Source: an uncultured bacterium (GTDB lineage: Bacteria > Krumholzibacteriota > Krumholzibacteriia > LZORAL124-64-63). From it: a stretch of 64,000 nucleotides of DNA. The stretch covers positions 160,001-224,000 of the forward strand of contig CAVSGO010000007.1 of NCBI GenBank assembly GCA_963727525.1, written 5' to 3'. This document shows positions 61,141 through 64,000 of the stretch, piece by piece. The notes beneath the pieces were generated by a model. It saw only the letters and a program-made list of their open reading frames with translations, ran no database searches and was not told where the DNA came from. The translations under genes and the position numbers were made by a program. Each line of letters starts with the position of its first letter. Positions within the stretch are counted from its first letter, which is position 1.

Positions 61141-64000
61141 ATGACCGACCAGGGCCGCCATGGCGTACTGGACGGCGTGATCGCCTTCTGCCTCGACAAC
61201 AAGCTCGTGGTGTTCCTCGTGCTGGCGCTGGCCGTGGGCTGGGGACTGGCCACCGCGCCCTTCGCCTGGCATCTCGGCGGCTGGCCGCGCGATCCCGTGC
61301 CGGTGGACGCGATCCCCGATCTGGGCGAGAACCAGCAGATCGTCTTCACCGAGTGGCCCGGGCGCTCACCGCGCGACGTGGAGGACCAGATCACCTACCC
61401 GCTCACGTCGGCGCTGCTGGGTGTGCCGGACGTGCGCACGGTGCGCAGCTACTCGATGTTCGGCTTCTCGTCGATCTACGTCATCTTCAAGGACAGGTCC
61501 GACTTCTACGACTCCCGCTCCCGCATCCTCGAGAAACTCGCCAGCCTGCCCACCGGCACGCTGCCGCCGAGCGTTTCGCCGGCACTGGGCCCTGACGCGA
61601 CGGCGCTCGGTCAGGTCTTCATGTACACGCTCGAGGGCCGCGATGCGCATGGGCGCACCACCGGTGGCTGGGATCTCGACGAGCTGCGCTCGATCCAGGA
61701 TTTCCAGGTGAAGAACGCCCTGCTCTCGGCCGAGGGCATCGCCGAGGTGGCGTCGGTCGGCGGATTCGTACGCGAGTACCAGGTGGAGGTCGATCCCGAT
61801 CAGCTGCACCGCTACGACCTGTCCCTCGACGATGTGGTGCGGGCCGTACGCGAGAGCAATGCGGAGGTGGGCGCGCGTACGCTCGAGATCAACCGCGTCG
61901 AATACGTGGTGCGCGGCGTGGGCTTCGTGAAGACGGTGGAGGACATCGGAAAGAGCGTGGTGGCGGTACACGGCGAGGTTCCCATCACGGTGGCCGATGT
62001 CGCCCATGTGACCACCGGCCCGGCGCTGCGCCGCGGCGCGCTCGACGCGGCCGGAGCCGAGGCGGTGGGCGGCATCGTCGTGGTGCGCTACGGAGAGAAT
62101 CCTCTGGCCGCGATCTCGCGGGTGAAGGACAAGATCGCCGAGATCGCGCACGCGTTGCCGCGCAAGACGCTCGACGATGGCACCGTGAGCCAGGTCGCCA
62201 TCGTGCCGTTCTATGACCGTTCGGGCCTGATCCACGAGACGCTGGGTACGCTCAACGACGCACTGAGTCTGGAGATCCTGATCACCATCCTCGTGGTGAT
62301 CGTCATGGTCGCGAACCTGCGCAGCGGATTGATGATCGCGGGCTTGCTGCCGGTGGCCGTGCTGCTGTGCTTCGTGGCGATGAAGACGGCCGGCGTCGAG
62401 GCCAACATCGTCGCTCTCTCGGGCATCGCCATCGCCATCGGTACCATGGTGGACATGGGCATCGTGCTCACGGAGAACATGCTGCGGCGGCTGGAGGAGG
62501 CCGCTGCCGACACGCCGCGGCGCGACGTGATCTTCGCCGCGGCGGCCGAGGTGGCGCCGGCTGTGCTCACGGCCGTGATGACCACGATCCTCGGCTTCCT
62601 GCCGGTCTTCACGCTCACCGCGGCCGAGGGCAAGCTCTTCAGGCCGCTGGCCTTCACCAAGACCTTCGCGCTCGCGGCCGCGCTCCTGCTCGCGGTGCTC
62701 GTCATGCCGCCGCTTGCGCAGATCGTGCTGGCCACGCGTGCACCGCGGCGGCTGCGGCGGTTGCACACGAGCGGACAGCGGCTGACCGCATCGCTGCCAG
62801 CATGGCTGCGCGGGAATCTGGCCACGTGGGTCGTGGCGCTCGTCGTGCTCGTGCTGCTGGCCGGACGCTGGCTGCCCCTCGGCCCACAGCGTGGCCTGCT
62901 CGTGAACGTGTTCTTTGTGGTGCTGGTGACGGGCGGATTGCTCAGCGTGTTCGCGGTATTCCAGCGCGGCTACCCGCGGCTGCTGGCCGGTTGCCTGCGC
63001 CACAAGGCGCTGTTCCTCGTGCTGCCGGCGCTGGTCATCCTGGGCGGCTTCACTGTGTGGCTGGGATTCGATCGTGTCTTCGCCATGTTGCCGGGCGCCG
63101 GCGCCCACGGAGGCGACGGGAGCGCCTGGTCGCGCGTGTGGGCGGCACCGCGCCACGCGTTTCCCGGCCTGGGCAAGGAGTTCATGCCGCCGCTGGACGA
63201 GGGTAGCTACCTCTACATGCCCACGACCATGGCCCACGCATCGATCGGCGAAGCGCAGGATGTGATCAGCAAGCTCGACGAGGCCATTGCCACGATTCCA
63301 GAGGTGGCGCAGACGGTGGGCAAGCTGGGCCGCGCCGACTCGGCCCTCGATCCGGCGCCGATCTCCATGATCGAGACGGTGATCAACATCAAGCCGGAGT
63401 ACGTGATCGACGCGCAGGGCAACCGGCTTCGCTTCGAGTACGATCGCAAGTACCACGCCTTCGTGCGTGACGCGCAGGGTGCGCTGATCCCCGATCCCCA
63501 CGGCCGACCCTTCCGTCAGTGGCGCCCGGAGATCCGCACGGCCGACGACATCTGGGACGAGATCGTCCGCGTGGCGCAGATTCCCGGTACCACGAGCGCG
63601 CCGAAGCTGCAACCCATCGGCACCCGCCTCGTCATGCTGCAGAGCGGCATGCGCGCGCCCATGGGCCTGAAGGTGCGGGGACCGTCGCTGGAAGCCATCG
63701 ACACGGCCGGCCGCGAGCTCGAGGCGTTGCTCAAGGAGGTGCCGTCGATCAATCCCGCCACCGTGGTGGCCGATCGCATGGTGGGCAAACCGTATCTGGA
63801 GATCGTGGTTGATCGCGACGCCGCCGCACGGCACGGATTGACGGTGGCGCACATTCAGCGGGAGATCCAGACGGCGATCGGCGGACGCACGGCCACGACC
63901 ACGGTGGAAGGACGCGAGCGTTACGATGTGCTCGTGCGCTACCAGCGCGAGCGGCGCGACGACCTCGAGGCGGTCATGCAGGTCGCCATCAAGGCGCCCG
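61141..64000 (+). CDS. cusA: CusA/CzcA-family heavy-metal RND transporter (partial, runs off the window)
   Basis: Manual translation from ATG 61141 gives VDAIPDLGENQQIVFTEWPGRSPRDVEDQITYPL, LGPDATALGQ, GIAIAIGTMVD, EGKLFRPLAFTKT, EFMPPLDEG and DPAPISMIET. Confidence 0.92.
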   Translation, partial: MTDQGRHGVLDGVIAFCLDNKLVVFLVLALAVGWGLATAPFAWHLGGWPRDPVPVDAIPDLGENQQIVFTEWPGRSPRDVEDQITYPLTSALLGVPDVRTVRSYSMFGFSSIYVIFKDRSDFYDSRSRILEKLASLPTGTLPPSVSPALGPDATALGQVFMYTLEGRDAHGRTTGGWDLDELRSIQDFQVKNALLSAEGIAEVASVGGFVREYQVEVDPDQLHRYDLSLDDVVRAVRESNAEVGARTLEINRVEYVVRGVGFVKTVEDIGKSVVAVHGEVPITVADVAHVTTGPALRRGALDAAGAEAVGGIVVVRYGENPLAAISRVKDKIAEIAHALPRKTLDDGTVSQVAIVPFYDRSGLIHETLGTLNDALSLEILITILVVIVMVANLRSGLMIAGLLPVAVLLCFVAMKTAGVEANIVALSGIAIAIGTMVDMGIVLTENMLRRLEEAAADTPRRDVIFAAAAEVAPAVLTAVMTTILGFLPVFTLTAAEGKLFRPLAFTKTFALAAALLLAVLVMPPLAQIVLATRAPRRLRRLHTSGQRLTASLPAWLRGNLATWVVALVVLVLLAGRWLPLGPQRGLLVNVFFVVLVTGGLLSVFAVFQRGYPRLLAGCLRHKALFLVLPALVILGGFTVWLGFDRVFAMLPGAGAHGGDGSAWSRVWAAPRHAFPGLGKEFMPPLDEGSYLYMPTTMAHASIGEAQDVISKLDEAIATIPEVAQTVGKLGRADSALDPAPISMIETVINIKPEYVIDAQGNRLRFEYDRKYHAFVRDAQGALIPDPHGRPFRQWRPEIRTADDIWDEIVRVAQIPGTTSAPKLQPIGTRLVMLQSGMRAPMGLKVRGPSLEAIDTAGRELEALLKEVPSINPATVVADRMVGKPYLEIVVDRDAAARHGLTVAHIQREIQTAIGGRTATTTVEGRERYDVLVRYQRERRDDLEAVMQVAIKAP

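Overview
A GC-rich, densely coding bacterial chromosomal window. Two secreted proteins end in FlgD/T9SS-like 'PNPFNPxTT' domains, and a CcoN-CcoO fusion and LPS glycosyltransferases are present. These suggest a diderm FCB-group organism of the Latescibacterota/Krumholzibacteria/Eisenbacteria type (inference). Housekeeping content includes fpr, an M1 aminopeptidase, metF, gmd, gltX with tRNA-Gln(CTG) and tRNA-Glu(CTC), trxA, fumC, pepT with an OPT transporter, a divergent transketolase, a complete cbb3 oxidase/assembly cluster and a Cus-like RND efflux operon. Accessory or unusual items: (1) a ~1.76 kb DUF222-like/HNH cassette bounded by 8-bp direct repeats, with a ~490-nt noncoding leader that can fold into nested stems and no transposase, which is the best candidate for an undescribed mobile or RNA-associated nuclease system; (2) a 1223-bp IS1/IS1595-like element with 21-bp inverted repeats and atypical junctions; (3) two sigma54 circuits readable from the DNA, a Cys-containing PAS activator divergent from trxA and a His-rich sensor/NtrC-type pair divergent from the Cus-like operon; (4) a bacterial PLD3/PLD4-like exported HKD enzyme translationally coupled to transketolase; (5) two apparent pseudo-enzymes and several small ORFs missed by the ORF track. 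All calls come from motif recognition by eye; no searches or folding programs were run.
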